A stretch of DNA of 64,000 nt from Selaginella moellendorffii (GCF_000143415.4 NW_003314261.1:372001-436000); one strand, 5' to 3'. Positions 24,831-38,655 are shown, counted from the first letter of the stretch. Numbers and translations: made by a program. Notes: generated by a model from the sequence alone, not told the origin.

Positions 24831-27374
24831 TAGTCCAATCCTTGTTCCGACTGTTTGAATTTTGAGTATTTATTCATGCATTGGGTACATCATGGAGCAA
24901 AACGAAAGAATTGTTACATGGGCGTGAAGTTTTAAAAAGCAAAAAGCAATAGTAATATATAGCTTATATGGACTAAAATGTCTTCAAGATCGCACCGGGA
25001 ACGTCCATGAGCAGCTTGGCAGCGGGAACTTGAGTGCCAGGAGCCGGAGCTACCTGACTGAATCTACTGAGTACCTTTGGAAGCTCCAGCCATTAGCATT
25101 TTTTAAAATTTAAATTTAATTTCTAGTAAATTATAATCTATTAAAAACAGTAAGTAATTCAAATCAGAATTAAAATGATGAGTGCGCCAATGTCATGTAG
25201 ATGCTAGAGAGAGCTTGTATAGGAGCTAGTTAAGGGTATATATATTACTTGGCTTTCCTCAAATATTTCATATTTGTTCATATCCACTTTAGCCCTGTCA
25301 CTCCGCATATAAGAAATATATTCAAGTGGATATACAAAAAGCATATTCTTAGTGTGGACACGTGGATAAATATAAACCGTGTGGATTGTTTTCAATGCAT
25401 AAAAGGTTTGTTTTCCTTTATAGGAATTCAACTATTTGTTTATCTTGGTTTTCAGTATGGAAGAAATAGCTTCTTTTTAAGAAGCTATAGAACAAGTAGC
25501 TTCTTCAAAGAAGCTTCTTCAATAATGACAGTCGTTAGTAGATTGTACAACTCTGTCAAAGGTATTTGTATAGTTCAAGAACAATCTACTTAACAAATTA
25601 TACGATGCTTATGTAGCTATGAGTATATTAGATTGCCACCAACTATTAAATTTATATATAATTTTGACTTAAAGTCCTTATACAATCCTTGCACTAGTCT
25701 ACATACAGTTATTAGATGAAACATCTCCTACAACAGAAATTTTGTACTATTTGGTATGCCAATATTTTTATATCCCTTAATTTACGTTATATGAAGATTA
25801 ATAAACAACTTAGAAAAGGGTAATTACTTGGATGAGAGATTTTATCCTTAAAGGTTCCAAAAATGCATGGTGACAATATATTTAAATCCTATACCATGAT
25901 CAAAAACCATCTAATATCTTGAGATAATAACTTAAATTGCTATGATAAAATCTTTAAGTCCATTTTCTCCCATCACCACCATCATCATCAGCATAACCCA
26001 CACCAGTTCTAAAGCTGTTCACTTCTAGAGCATACTTTGACAATTTTATATTCCCACACAATTTTTTAATCTTAGCCAATGCTAGGCAAAGGAAACGAAG
26101 CATGGCAAAGAAAAACGTCTTGCTTCCAAGGTCTTGGATTGGAGAAGATTTTATTGCCCGCTTGCCCTACTTATGTTGAGATCACTCTTTCAAAACTGAT
26201 TCTGCTGCATTGAGAGAGAGAAATGAAACACAACCCAGATGTTGAGTAATCACTTTCACCCAACGTAATCACTAGAGCATGCCCCAACATGATCAAGCAC
26301 CACACGCTCACCACCAAGACAGCAAAACCCTAGACGTCCCCCATCCAGTCGTGCAGTGCTATAGTGTGCATGGCAGCAACCATTGCTGTATAGCAAGCCA
26401 GGTCAGAGCAGTGCCATTGGCAATTGAGGCCGTGGCCATTGGGCAAGGCCACGGCCACAGCCAGGCTGTGGCTAACTGGCTGGCTATGGTTGCCACAGGC
26501 AGAAAAGTCAACTTTATTATTGAAATTAGACCATTCAATTTTCGGTGGTGCCCGAGAAATGACAAACTCTTTTTGGAGATACCAAAACCTGCCATCCCGT
26601 GGATCTTGGGGTGTATGAAGTTCTAAACAAGACAGTAGAGTAGTTGGTGGAATCGGAGTTGTTTCAACTTAGAAATAAAACTTCAATTGACGAGACAATT
26701 CTTCAAAGGACCAGAGAAGAAAATAGTGAAATAAAAATATTAATGGGCATTTTTCTGATGTGTCTCAGGAATTTAATGCTATTGGTTCAAGTAGGCCCCT
26801 ATAAACTGGACATGGTGAGCTTCTTCGTGAGATGAGGAGCAAAAGGATTTGTGCATTGAAAACTTGAAATGGAACTAAGTGTGGCCATTTAATTTAGAAT
26901 TAATGAGCCATGCAGCTTTTAATGAATAAAAAAATGAATATAGCAATTCAAACAACTAAAAACTCAAAAAAGCTAATACTTTGTACACGGTATTCTATAG
27001 CTTGTAGAAAAGCTATCAAAAGTATGGTTTTATACTGAGATAGTAATTATCTTGTTTAAACCATAGCAGTTGTCCCAAGAATGAAGACATATATCCAACT
27101 CAGTTGCATTAACTACTGCTTCATGGGATTTAGTACCTTGTTGGAGTCTTGTCGACGAGAACAGAGCTCGTCTTTCTTCTTCTTTTTTTCTCCCTTCACC
27201 TCCATGGTGCTATGATATGAACATTGCCATTGTTTTAGTTTTAGTTCGTGAACTATTTCTCCAAGTCTCCACTGCCACGGCATGTCCTAATCCTTTCCAC
27301 AGATCATAATCTTCACTCATCAATGAAAAACTTTTCTCTTTTTCTTTTGGTTTTGTCTCCCAGTTACTAATTGA

Positions 27375-29411
27375 TCACCAGTAGTCTCCGCATGAGCAGC
27401 CTCCATTGTCACTACTAAAGCGATGGAACCTGCTGGAATCCCGAACCACAATCTCTCTTCTAGCAAGTTTAGCTATGAACTTTGTAGCAGTGTGACAGTC
27501 CGTGCAAACTCTTAAGTTCTTGGTCACCCACACCGGAGTTCCTGGAGGACTAGCAACAAGAGCAAAAGATATCGCTAGCCGCTCACTGTGAAAGCACAGA
27601 CTCTTTTCCTTTTCCTCTTGATTTCCACCCCATAGCACCTGGCTTGTATCTGGTACATAGCCTGCTTGTTTCATCCGTGAGTGCAAACTTTTGAGCTCCT
27701 CGTGGATCTCATGGTAGCATTCGTGAGAGGAGTCGCCAGCCACAAACTCGTGGATCTCGTTCCCAACTTCGACAAAGCTGCAACCCGGTCTCTGTGTAAC
27801 CCCTGTCTCCCTCATGAGCTTTCTAACTTTCACAACATAATCCCATCTCCCGGCGGCAGCACAAAAGTTGGAGACCAAGATGTAAGGCCCCGGGGACTTG
27901 GACCCGGTAAGTTTGAGAAGAATCTCTTCCACTACTCGCATTCCCACTTCCAATCTGAGGATAGCTTTGCACGTGCCGAGCAGGGCTATCCACGGAACAA
28001 TATCGGCCTCGAAAGGCATCGTTCGTATGAGTTCTTCGGCTGCTTCGAGCTGTCCCGAGCGACCGAGAAGATCGATCAAACAGTGGTAGTGCTCAACAAG
28101 CGGTGAAATATCCCGTTCGTCACCCACCATAGCCAGAAAAAATCGATGCCCCTGAGAAAGCGACCCTGCATGGCTGCAAGCGTAGAGAATGCTGGTGAAG
28201 GTGACTTCACTTGGTTGGATTCCCTCCAGTTCCATTCTCTGAAAAACCGACTGTGCCTCTTCACTATGCCCATGTTGGGCATATGCAGAAATCATAGCAG
28301 TCCAGGACACGATACTCTTCCCCTTTGTGGAATTAAACACGTCCCTGGCCTCGTCCAGCCTCCCGCATTTGCCATACATGCTCACCAGAGAGTTTCTCAC
28401 GGGAAGAAGTGCGTCCAACCCTTGGGAGATGATGTCTTCGTGAATCATCCGGCCAGTTGCGAGACATCCCGCACAGGAGCATGCGTCCAGGACGCTGATG
28501 TACGTGATCTCATCGGGTACCACTCCCTGCTCGACCATTTTCCGAAAGTATTCAAGCGCTGACTTTGAGTGGTGCCGATGCCCAACCCGGGCATATGCAG
28601 TGATCACTGCAGTCCAAGAAACACGATCTCTTGCCGGCATATTTTCGAAAACCTTGGTCGCTTCATCAAGGCTCCCACACCTGCTATACATGCTCACAAG
28701 AGAATTACAAACACCAACATCAGTTGCGTATCCACAAGCAACGAGACGAGCATGGATCGACCGACCTTGGACGAGCAACGAGGACGCGCTCAAGAGGTTG
28801 GAAAAAGTCATCTCGTTGGGCTTCACTCCTTCGAGATCCATACGTAGGAACAGAGCACGAGCCTCACGGTGGTCGCCACACTGCACGCACGCATCAATCA
28901 TCGACGTCCAGGAGATCACATTCCTGTCAGGCATGACGGAGAAAACGTACCTCGCGCTCTCCAATCTCTGGCACTTGCTGTAGAGATTGATGAGCGAGTT
29001 CGCAACTGTGGTGTCAGATCCAAACCCGCTGCAAAGAGCTCTCGCGTGAATCTCCTGGCCAATCTCTAGGCACCGCAATTGCGCACAAGCCGCTAGAACG
29101 CTGAGAAACGTGACCCTGCTCGGCTTGACCGCCATCTCCTGGAACAAACCAATTGCCTCAATCAAATGCCCGTTCACGGCATATGCCGCAATCATGATAT
29201 TCCAGGAGTACACATTCTTGGGTCGAATTCCATCAAAGACAGCCTTCGCGTCTTCGATGCTGCCGCATTGGCCATACATTTTCACAAGAAGATTTTCCAG
29301 AAATGTAGAGACCTTGTGGTACCTGGCCGAGATCTGTGCATGAATCGCTTTGCCGTGGTCGAGCTCCTGGATCTCTCGCAGCCGCGACGCATAGTACTCC
29401 ACCTCGCCCAT
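27375..29411 (-). CDS. PLS-E-DYW PPR protein (organellar C-to-U editing factor), intact
   Basis: PLS repeats, PG box (PGCSFVEV), HSERLA, CTDCH, C-terminal CSCGDYW. Confidence 0.95.
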   Translation of the reverse strand: MGEVEYYASRLREIQELDHGKAIHAQISARYHKVSTFLENLLVKMYGQCGSIEDAKAVFDGIRPKNVYSWNIMIAAYAVNGHLIEAIGLFQEMAVKPSRVTFLSVLAACAQLRCLEIGQEIHARALCSGFGSDTTVANSLINLYSKCQRLESARYVFSVMPDRNVISWTSMIDACVQCGDHREARALFLRMDLEGVKPNEMTFSNLLSASSLLVQGRSIHARLVACGYATDVGVCNSLVSMYSRCGSLDEATKVFENMPARDRVSWTAVITAYARVGHRHHSKSALEYFRKMVEQGVVPDEITYISVLDACSCAGCLATGRMIHEDIISQGLDALLPVRNSLVSMYGKCGRLDEARDVFNSTKGKSIVSWTAMISAYAQHGHSEEAQSVFQRMELEGIQPSEVTFTSILYACSHAGSLSQGHRFFLAMVGDERDISPLVEHYHCLIDLLGRSGQLEAAEELIRTMPFEADIVPWIALLGTCKAILRLEVGMRVVEEILLKLTGSKSPGPYILVSNFCAAAGRWDYVVKVRKLMRETGVTQRPGCSFVEVGNEIHEFVAGDSSHECYHEIHEELKSLHSRMKQAGYVPDTSQVLWGGNQEEKEKSLCFHSERLAISFALVASPPGTPVWVTKNLRVCTDCHTATKFIAKLARREIVVRDSSRFHRFSSDNGGCSCGDYW

Positions 29412-29507
29412 CAAGTGTTTGTTTCATTCCTATCTTTTAGCTTCCAAGAAGAAAGCAAAGAAGACCCAGAAGAAAAGATCGATAGCTAGGTAGGGCCGAA
29501 CAAGAAG

Positions 29508-29825
29508 TTAATCTTCCAAGATGTTCCAACAATCGGTCGTTACCTCCAGCTGCAACGCAAGCCGCCCGTGGGCCAAGTCGCGGCGATCGCAACGCGTACC
29601 TCCGATGAGCTCGCTAGATCTATCGATCGATCGATCGGAGTCGGGGAAGAAAATCTGGTACTGTTGCTCGAGAGTCACGAGGAGCGGAACCGCTACGTGG
29701 CAAATCATGAACAAGAACGTTTTCTCGTGGACACTCATGATCGCAGGATTTGCCCAGAACGGGCATTGCGTGAGGGCGGTGGAGCTCTCTTCCGGGGAGA
29801 TGGACGTTCCACCGGAAGATTACCT
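29508..29825 (+). pseudogene. 5' fragment of the PPR gene at 48576-51017 (inverted copy)
   Basis: KNVFSWTLMIAGFAQNGH; nucleotide blocks match the reverse complement of 51140-50770. Confidence 0.85.
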
Positions 29826-30044
29826 TGTTCTTCGTTCTTTCGCAAGGCTAGCATTTCCCTTATCACAGCAAGGTCATCACTCACATTCCCATTCACGGGC
29901 AGGCAGGCAAATGGATCCATCTCTTGACAAGGTGGAGCTCCAGCAGCAGGGAGGTGAGTCAATCTATGGAGTTTTCCCTATTTCCAGCACTGATCTCATT
30001 CAATCCAGGCATGAGACCCACCCGCGCTCGAAGAGCTTCTCGTG

Positions 30045-30465
30045 GCATTGATCCCTGAGAGCGTCCAGTCAAGCCCAGCTCAATGGAGAGCTCGTAGAGG
30101 ACTTTACGGCAAGAGTCCAAGGCAACGCTGGTGACGCTATAAACTCGATTCCGACGATGAGTTTTCCTTTCTTCTCTGCACGAAAATCTTCTCCTTTTTT
30201 CCAGTCTCTGGCTAGTTTTTTGGCGTGGGGATCGTGTTGTTAGCCTTGGAAGTTCTTGCTGCGGCTAAAACCGAGGATTGGTATTCTTCCAAGACGATGA
30301 GCTACGTGTGAGAGATATCTTACGGATGTCTTCAACAGGCTGCTCTGTGACTTTAAGGTTCCTGTGGCATTGCTCACCCGCAAAGGCATTATCGGCAGAA
30401 ACTCCGTACGACTACCATCTTGGCTCTAGGGCTTGTACTGCTCTTGGACTTGGAGGTCGATGGTA
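30045..30465 (+). pseudogene. 5' fragment of the UPL1-like gene (inverted copy)
   Basis: Matches the reverse complement of about 48250-47580, including the intron acceptor. Confidence 0.85.
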
Positions 30466-32032
30466 GAGGGTGTTTGAGTCTTGGCATGTTTGGTTGTGTT
30501 CTTGTGGAGGAGGTATCTCCAGAGCTCGTTGCAGATGAATGCCACTTTTTGGTGTTGAGGGTGAACTGACGTCCAAGGTAGGTATTGGTAGGTTTTGGAA
30601 AAAACTACCAACAATTCTCAACAACCATAGCCATAAAAGGACTACCAAGGATTCAAAAGGGATGCATCTACTGCCATAGCCATGCAAACACAATCCTACC
30701 ATTGCCTTTGTGGATGGGGATACCTGATTTTGGGCCTCTAACACTCCTCCTTACAAAGCATATCAATGGCCCCTTTTGCCTTTAACTGTGCACATCCTAA
30801 ACCCTAAATAAATGATGGATGAAGCTTTTGCAGATGCAATCCTAAGTGATGTCTAAACCTCATTTCATTCTTGGTTGAGGTTAAATTCCACATATGTGAT
30901 GTCATGTTGAGTCTACAAGTTATTTTGTATCAAAGGTAGAACACTACTCTCTTTGGACCTCAATGATCTCATTCGAATCTATAAATATTCTAGACATTCA
31001 CTTTTTCAAAGGCCCATGCTTTGAAAAATGCAGGTGCCTAGACTCCACCACCTTTCAAAAGCCACTAAACACAAACCAATATCTTCCATGGAGCTCCACA
31101 CATCCTCAACACTTTTGTTCATGCTGAACTTTGGCATTACCTCCCCTATGAGAGAATAACTTGTAGCTTTGTGCACATGGATACCCAGGAGCCTTCCTTT
31201 CCAAAGCTTTCCAGACAATCCATTATATGGACCAAGATAGTGTGCTCTATGCTCCATCACACAAATATAGTAGCAATGCCCCCACGCAGCACTTGGTGTG
31301 GGGGATACCCTAAACCCTAAACAGGTGATTTCATCTGCCATCTTTGAAAGACAGGCGCAATGCCAGAATCACAAGTTTGAGTTGCACTCAGACTCTTGTA
31401 TCCTCGTGTGATCACACGGTGCTGTGATTATGCAAGATCAAAAGACCACTATATGCAATCCACATCCTTTATGTGCCGTTGTCATGTTGTAATCGAGAGC
31501 AAGTAGAAGAAACAAATGAATAAGGGATGACTACTTATATGCTCTCTTACTTATGTGAGTTTGTGTGGTGGCCATGTAAAGATGCCAATGTAACAAAATT
31601 ACCGTTGGTTACTCCACAGCAGCGATGGAGAATGTCTCTTTATAGAGTTGTAGAGGCTTCCATAGCCAGCCAACCAGCATTCCAAGCTCTCTTTTTCATC
31701 CCAAATTCCCATGCCATCGTCAATATATCTGTTAAGATATATTGGCCATTTAGAAGAGGTGGCCTTAAACTTGTCCTTGAGGGAACAGAAAAAAAAGGCA
31801 AGCATACACCACAGAAAAGTTAGACCCCATAGCAGTGCCTTGGATTTGAAGAAAACAACTCCCATTGAACGTAATATAATTGTGTTGACCATGCTAAAGT
31901 GTGCTTGCATTGAATCTCCAAAATTCCTATATACAAACTTGTAGAGGCGATAGAGTCCCTCACGTGTGGGAATGCTTGGGTAGAGTGACTCCACATCAAA
32001 AGTGAAGAGGACTCAATCTTTTGGGATGAAAT

Positions 32033-34110
32033 TTGGAAAGGATTATGTTGGAGTCCATAAGAAAGGTAAAGGAAAATTGCAAAAAGTTCTTGCAACGCTT
32101 GTATCCTGAGGGAGTCATTCCAGTAGATGCCTTGATGGTGTGCCTGGCAGCAGTTTTCATATCCAGGTTTTACATTTTGAGAGAAGCTCGCTCTGCAGGC
32201 GTCAAAGTTACCCCGCTCGTCTGGCTTTTTAAACAAGTAAGATTCGTGTTTGGTTTGTGAGGGAGCTACAATGTTTGTGTTGTGCAGGTATACTTTTCGT
32301 ACTTGAATTATGATCCATGGTGGGAGCTGACGAAGAGGATACTCGGTCTGATCGGCAATTCATCCGACATTGAAGCTGCAAGCACCATCTTTTCTGACAT
32401 GCTCGATGAGTTGAAACTACAGGTAGGCTGGGACGGCATTGTGATAAGACGAATGCCAAGAACTATCGCGTTTATTGGAGAACAGGTTTACGAGCAAGAC
32501 TGTGAATGAGGTGAACCGGTCGATGCTAGACAAGCTCGTCTTAGCTCTGCGTGAGATGAAGTTCGAAAAGACCATAATATCTGGGACAGGCCGGCATTTG
32601 ATAAGGATGCTAGACTCCCATTCAGGCTCCGTGAAAGACATACTCAGCTATTATGTGTACTCAGACTTTGGGGGCTTTTCTAGCGCTGAATCTATCAAGG
32701 AGTACACAATGAAGTTTGTGACAGACGTGGACGATTTCGACTTCAGCACGATCTTTGGTGTTTACAGAGGCAGATACAAGTTTTACGTGACAGTGTTAGA
32801 GATGTTCTTACGGGATTCAGAGGAGCAACCATTGGTCGCCACAGACTATTTCATGAAGAAGGCAGATGATTTGTGTAGGCGACCAGGCCCTGCCCTCTCC
32901 ATCAACAGATCTGTGTGGGACGATGTTGTGAAGTTCTTTGCACTACCATCATTCCATCCCGGGTGTTGGGAGGTGGTCATAACTTTATTGCTGCTGTGGG
33001 TGTACACGGGAGTTCCTGTAAACCTGGCAGTCACGGACAGTGATTTGAAATTTGTACAAGCAGGGATCGGCAGGCCAAGAGGGACTGTGGCGAGCAGCTA
33101 CAAGACTTTGCATTTCAAACCGGATGCAGATTTCTGCTCGGCTCCTCCTCAGAATGCAACACAGGTTTCCCTTCAAACTGTTGAGATTGGAGAACCACTC
33201 GTGGTGAGGGCTTTGTGGAACTATCTCACAGCCAGTGGAGACATACAGAAGCTGATCAAGGATATGGGTGTTTGCAACAAATCAGACCTAGGGGTGAAGT
33301 TCGAAGCATATTCCGCTCCCTTGCTTTTGGAGTTTTTGGACAATAAAGCACAAGTGGATTTTATCCCAGAGGTCTACAAGGAAAAAGTGGATGTGGTCTA
33401 CAAGCATCCTTTACAAGTGCCAAGGCCAAATGATTGTGAGATGGTACAGCAAATGCCATGGCCAAACGACTGTGAGATGGTACAGCAAATGCTTAAAGAG
33501 GACGATGGGATGACTTTTCTGACATGGCTAAAGTAGTTTGAGAAAGTTTTACAAGGAAAACAATAAGTATCTTTTTTACATTTTTGATTGTATAATGATG
33601 AATTTACTTGTTGTTTTGTTGCAAGAATCCTTTCGGCCTTTTCTCTATAGTGGAAATGTCATTAAGTTTAGATTTGACATAATTGCAACTTGTATTAGTA
33701 ATGTAAGAAAGTAACAAATTCCTGTATTCTCGCCTTATCAACACAAAGTTATCTCAAGCACAAACTTGACAAGTGCTTTGGATATGTTAAACATTGAAGA
33801 TCTATTCTTGCACAGAAAAGGTCATAAAGAAAGATCATAAATTGAGGAAATAGCTGTCATAAAGTTTAAAGAACTTTTGCATAAAGGCGGGCTTTTAAAA
33901 TGGATTATCTGCCTTACTACAGATATTAGTGCTTTTTGGAAGAATCAACTTTTATGTGTGGGAATGCTCCAAAAGTCCAAAAAGTAAAGTGTATGGATGA
34001 GAAGTTAAAGATGATAGGCCTTGTTGGGATAATTGACAAGAATATACAAATGATGATAGAAGAAAATGTATGGTTTGTTAATGTTGTGCAATATTTAAAA
34101 TATAAGGAAT
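32033..34110 (+). pseudogene. Crinkler/RHS-like P-loop NTPase + REase, with one frameshift and a decayed C-terminus
   Basis: SRFYIL..TPLVWLFKQ; intron 32237-32287; Walker-B-like GIVI(fs)DECQ; IISGTG; DFGGF; RGRYKFY; decayed YQHK...SALDML. Confidence 0.6.
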
Positions 34111-34358
34111 AAATTTTAATTTCATTATTGTTTTTGAAAGCCTATCTAATAAATCTATTACTTTCACTTCATATAATTTAAGTATATACATACCTCTATA
34201 TACCTAAGCTATACAATATGATATGATTAAAGTTTATCTATACAAGAGTGTGTTTTGTGTATATTATGATCTAAGTATATTTTAATGTATATTAAATGTG
34301 CACATGTACATAATATGATCAAAATTTATATAAGATGGATGTATAAATGAATGTTTTA

Positions 34359-34455
34359 GAGAGAGAGAGAGAGAGAGAGAGAGGAGGGAGGGAGCGAGAG
34401 AGGAGGGAGGGAGAGAGAGAGGAGGGAGGGAGAGAGAGAGAGGAGGGAGGGAGAG
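34359..34455 (+). repeat. GA/GGGA compound microsatellite
   Basis: Direct observation. Confidence 0.95.
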
Positions 34456-34459
34456 TTCT

Positions 34460-36500
34460 TTTACCTAAATCTGAAAATTGTAATCCTAGTAACTTTTTTG
34501 TTATTATAGTTTCTTTATATTGAATGATCCCACTACTTTATCAATAATTTTTCTATCACACTAAAAAAGTTTCAAAGACTGATTTTTATCTAAACCTAGA
34601 TTCCTTACTAGTATAAAATATTAACTGTAAGATGATGTAATATGCCAATATCCAAACATCTATTTGTAGCAATGTTTGGTTTTCTTCTTGAATTTAATTA
34701 TTAATTACTTTTATTTAGAAACCAATAGAAAATAACTTAAATGAATTTCTAGAATTCTGATATTTAATGAGTTAAGGAGATTTTTTTCTAGCAGTCAAGA
34801 GAGATATTTCAACTTCTGATATAATATAATATTTTAATTATTTTTCATAATATTTAGATAGATACTCGCCAACCATTTTGTAGAGGGAGGTAAGTACTTC
34901 TAAAGGAATGTGTTGTGATCTTTGTGGCTTTTTAGGTTGCAAATCATCCTTTTGTTATCTAATCTTATATTTGGTTAATAATAAATGAAATTGATTAATC
35001 TAATAATATACTCTTTACAAGCCTAATTGTTAATAATTTTCTGGTCAGCCTCTTGAATTCTTAAGATCCCACTCTTGGGAATAGGGTGAAAACCTAGAAT
35101 GAGCCAAATATATAATAGGGATAGTGGGTAGATCCAACTTAAGACATTATCTTGCTTGTCTTTGTTCTATACTAAACTCTATAGTTGGTGGAATACCTCA
35201 TGTTAAGCTATAAGTATACTTTAATAGCACTAAATTAATTTTATATGTTAATCTTTGTGTTTTATATATTAATTTTGGTGTGGGGTGCTTATTGTGAATG
35301 TGCTGATAGGTGACTTACATTAAGCTATTGGTATAATGCTAGATTTCATTTGAGTCTATATGACATGTTAATCTTAGTGTTAGATGTTGGATACTCTAAG
35401 ACTTTCTTTATTGTTTTATGCTCTTGCTTTTTTATTTTTTATCTCTACACTCAAAAGTTGTTTTATGCTCTAATTTTTTCATTCAGTGTCCCAAAGCCCT
35501 AGTATTTAAATCCCACTTTGTTGCCTTTGGCACATATGTTCAAGAGTTTGGTTTTACCCTGTGGTCATTCTATAGTACTCATTATGAGGTAAAGGGTGAA
35601 AACAACATATGCAATATTTGGTATTAAAAATTGAGTCTCAATGGGTATTATCCAATAAAATTGGGCAATTAATCTCATTACATATGTAAAGATGAAAATA
35701 ATGATTCGAGTGGGTTCATGTTTAGTTGCTATGGCTTTGCATACATCCCTTAGGTGTGGATTTTTGTTACTATTTTATACTATATTGTATATGAGCTTTT
35801 ATTTAGGCTCAATATGATGGATTTCAAATGTACTATTTGTACAAGTTATGTTTAGGCTCATGAGTGAGGCATATTAGCAATTTAAAGTTATGTTTTGAGT
35901 TGGTAGGATTACTATTAGCTTATTGGTGGTTATGTTTATTGCATGTTACTCTAGGTAAAAAGTAAACCTTTCGCAATTAGTGGTTAATAGGTCGGTCCAG
36001 CATGATACTTCTTAGGCATAATTACAAATGGATCAATTAAGAGTATAAATATTAATCTATTAAGTAGTCATTGCCATACTATTTCATAAGCTCTTCTTAG
36101 ATTGGACTGAAATTAATGCAAACACAAGCTTAAAGTTTTGAGTTTGAAAAGAAAGTTATTAAGGATAAAAGATTAAACACTTTCTCTTATCTGAGTGATA
36201 ATTTATAATAAAATGTGATCTCATTGCTTGTATTCATATCATAGTCTCTACATAAATGCATATTAGTTATGAATAAGAATCCTCAGAAACTATAATATCA
36301 AATAAGAATGCATAAATCAATTTATTAATGCCTCTGATCCCATACCAGATTTATTCTCTAATACCATGTTAGCAAGGCAGAAGAGAACAAAGATTATCTA
36401 GCTATCAAAGTGCCTCGTTATATAGTGAGAACATGAATTATATTAGCTTTTTTCACATCTAGATGATATCCTTCACTCCTTCACTCAAATGTCTTGTCTA
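34460..36500. mobile_element. AT-rich decayed repeat of unknown class
   Basis: Composition only (CG-depleted, no long ORFs). Confidence 0.3.
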
Positions 36501-36579
36501 ACCTCTATCACTGTAGTATACATCAAGCTGATAGCCAATTACCGACGCTGTATCGAACCACAATTGGATGGGATAGTTT

Positions 36580-38535
36580 CTAAGATTTGAAAACCTGTAG
36601 AGATGAGAATGTTAGAGATGCCCCTGAAATCGAAGGAAAAGACAGAAGCACACCCATGGCGTCATGTTGCCTTTGTCATCCAGCAATCCCAAGTCCCGTA
36701 GTCTTCTCTCCGCATAGAACTCAAGCCTGTCCAGATCTGCGAGATGCGTCTCGAACCACTGCAGCTGCTCTTGCAAGATTCTCTTCTCGCCAAGTCTCAC
36801 AACCACAGCCATTTTCTTTCGTGTGCTAAGTTCACTAGAGTTCAAAAGCATGGTATCCTGGAAAAAACAGCAATCAACCGACAATGAATTAAGTACAATA
36901 TGTACCTCGTCAATAGTAGAGCTGTACTCTCTTAGCGTGGCTCGACAGCCCTCGATCATAGCTTCACAAATAGCCTCCTCATTCTCCCGGCTGATAGGAA
37001 GTCTCAAGTGATCCCAGACAGTGTTTCGGAATAGTGCCTGCAAACGCGGAGGGAATTCACTCACAATGACTACTAGAGAGTTTCGCAAAATACCTCTAGC
37101 AAGAATGAATCGGATCCGAACAATGCAATGAGCCTGAGGTACGCAATCATGTCTTCCGGAGGGCCTTGATTTCTGTAAAGGTTAAAATAAGCAGTGCTAT
37201 CCAGTCCTGCCATCTGTGCGATGTCCACTTTGTCATCGGCAAAACGCTCAGAAAGAGATACTTGCAAAGTCAATGTGAAACTATCCCGGTTGTTTTTCTC
37301 ATCGCTATCCACAAACCCGTAGTCCGTGGCAAGCTGGGCATTCCCTTTCTTTTTCCCATATTGCATGAGAACCTACGAAGGAAAACAAGGGAAAGGTGAG
37401 ATTTCAAACAGGAAAACAGACTCGAGATTTCACCTCTTGCTTCTCAGCACAATTCGCTGCAGCTTGCAACGTCAAAGTTTCTTGGCGAGCGAATACTCCG
37501 GCAGATTTGACATGCCAGTAAGGATCTTCATTGGTCAGCCCGAAGCCATGATTTACCTGTGCGAATGCGGCTATATATCGGGGTCAATTAAACACTAAGC
37601 AGTTTCGAGCAAGAAAAAAAAAAGCAATGCAGCAACTTACAAAGTCCGCCAGTGGTACCAACGCGAGGTTATCTCCGATAAGTGGTGGAAATGTCCGAGA
37701 ACGAAGTATCCCGAAAGCCCAGGTAAACGCCTCAAGAGTGTAGAGGCTACGATCGAAAACATCTGGCCTTGGCTCAATCACCTCCGTCATCACCTTGTCA
37801 TATTCACGCTTGAGAAATTCCTTGAAACCATTGATGGAACTGAGGAGCTGAGTACCTGGAAAAGGAAGAAGGGAGAAGAAAACGTTAGTACCAACACGAT
37901 AAGGATGGCGACGACCACATCACACCTTTGAGCTCGGCAAGTTCTTCTTCCGACCTGGAAATGGGTGCTAAGTTTGATCTTCACGATTTTTTCTTTCGAA
38001 TGAAAAAAAGAGCTTACCAGAAGAGTGGAGAATCTAGCGTGCGTGGAAGAACACGAATGTAAGCACTCCAATCCGAGTGAGGCTTGGCCTTCTCGTGTAG
38101 CAAATACAATGCCACTGCGATCCACGGCCTCAATCCCGCGCAGCACTCACCAATCTCAGACCTTCTCACAGTGTCCACATCCATCCACAGCGTCTTGGGA
38201 ATGGACACCACCTCCTGGTTCTTGGACACGCTGCGCTTGGCAAACAGCCCCAGCCCCAGCTCCCCGCGCCTCACCTCCACACCTCCAGGCTCTGCCACGC
38301 CCTTGCTCGCCATCCATTCCAGCAAATCCCTGGCCGCTGCTTCCCTGTCGATGCCTCCGGCCACGCCATTGCAGCTGCTCGTCGCCAAAATCCTGCTCGG
38401 ACGATTTGTGCTCCTTCCGCTGGAAAAGGGAATGCAGCCGCTCGGCGATGGCGGAATTCCAGTAAGAACGCGCACATTCCTTGCTGTGTCGAGGGAGAAA
38501 GAAGAGCAAAGGAGAGAGAGCAGCGATGCCGCCAT
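36580..38535 (-). CDS. LSMT: Chloroplast SET-domain Rubisco large subunit / FBA lysine N-methyltransferase
   Basis: GLGLFAKR, LRPWIAVALYLL, DSPLFW, WAFGILRSR, ALVPLAD, LATDYGF, FRNTVWDHLRLPISRENEEAIC. Confidence 0.92.
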
Positions 38536-38552
38536 AGCTGTGACCTAGAAAG

Positions 38553-38655
38553 AATTTCAAAACAAAATCGCTCAGAGGGCTTTTTTTCTCACCCGATTTC
38601 ATCATCACCAGATTCGAACCGGGCTCGCACCTAACCATGCGCCTCTAGCTACTAA
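38553..38655 (-). ncRNA. Deleted copy of the tRNA-like-leader/box C/D element at 51246-51410
   Basis: Minus strand reads TGGTTAGGTGCGAGCC-CGGTTCGAATCTGGTGATGATGAAA...AAAAGCCCTCTGAGC-TTTTGTTTT. Confidence 0.55.

Noticed and set aside
26279-26626. ORFs in a GC-richer island
   Set aside because: Only a faint PPR-like DLACYTAMVAA on the minus strand; too weak to call
30797-31322. CCCTAAA telomere-like motifs
   Set aside because: Only 1-2 units each; not an interstitial telomere array
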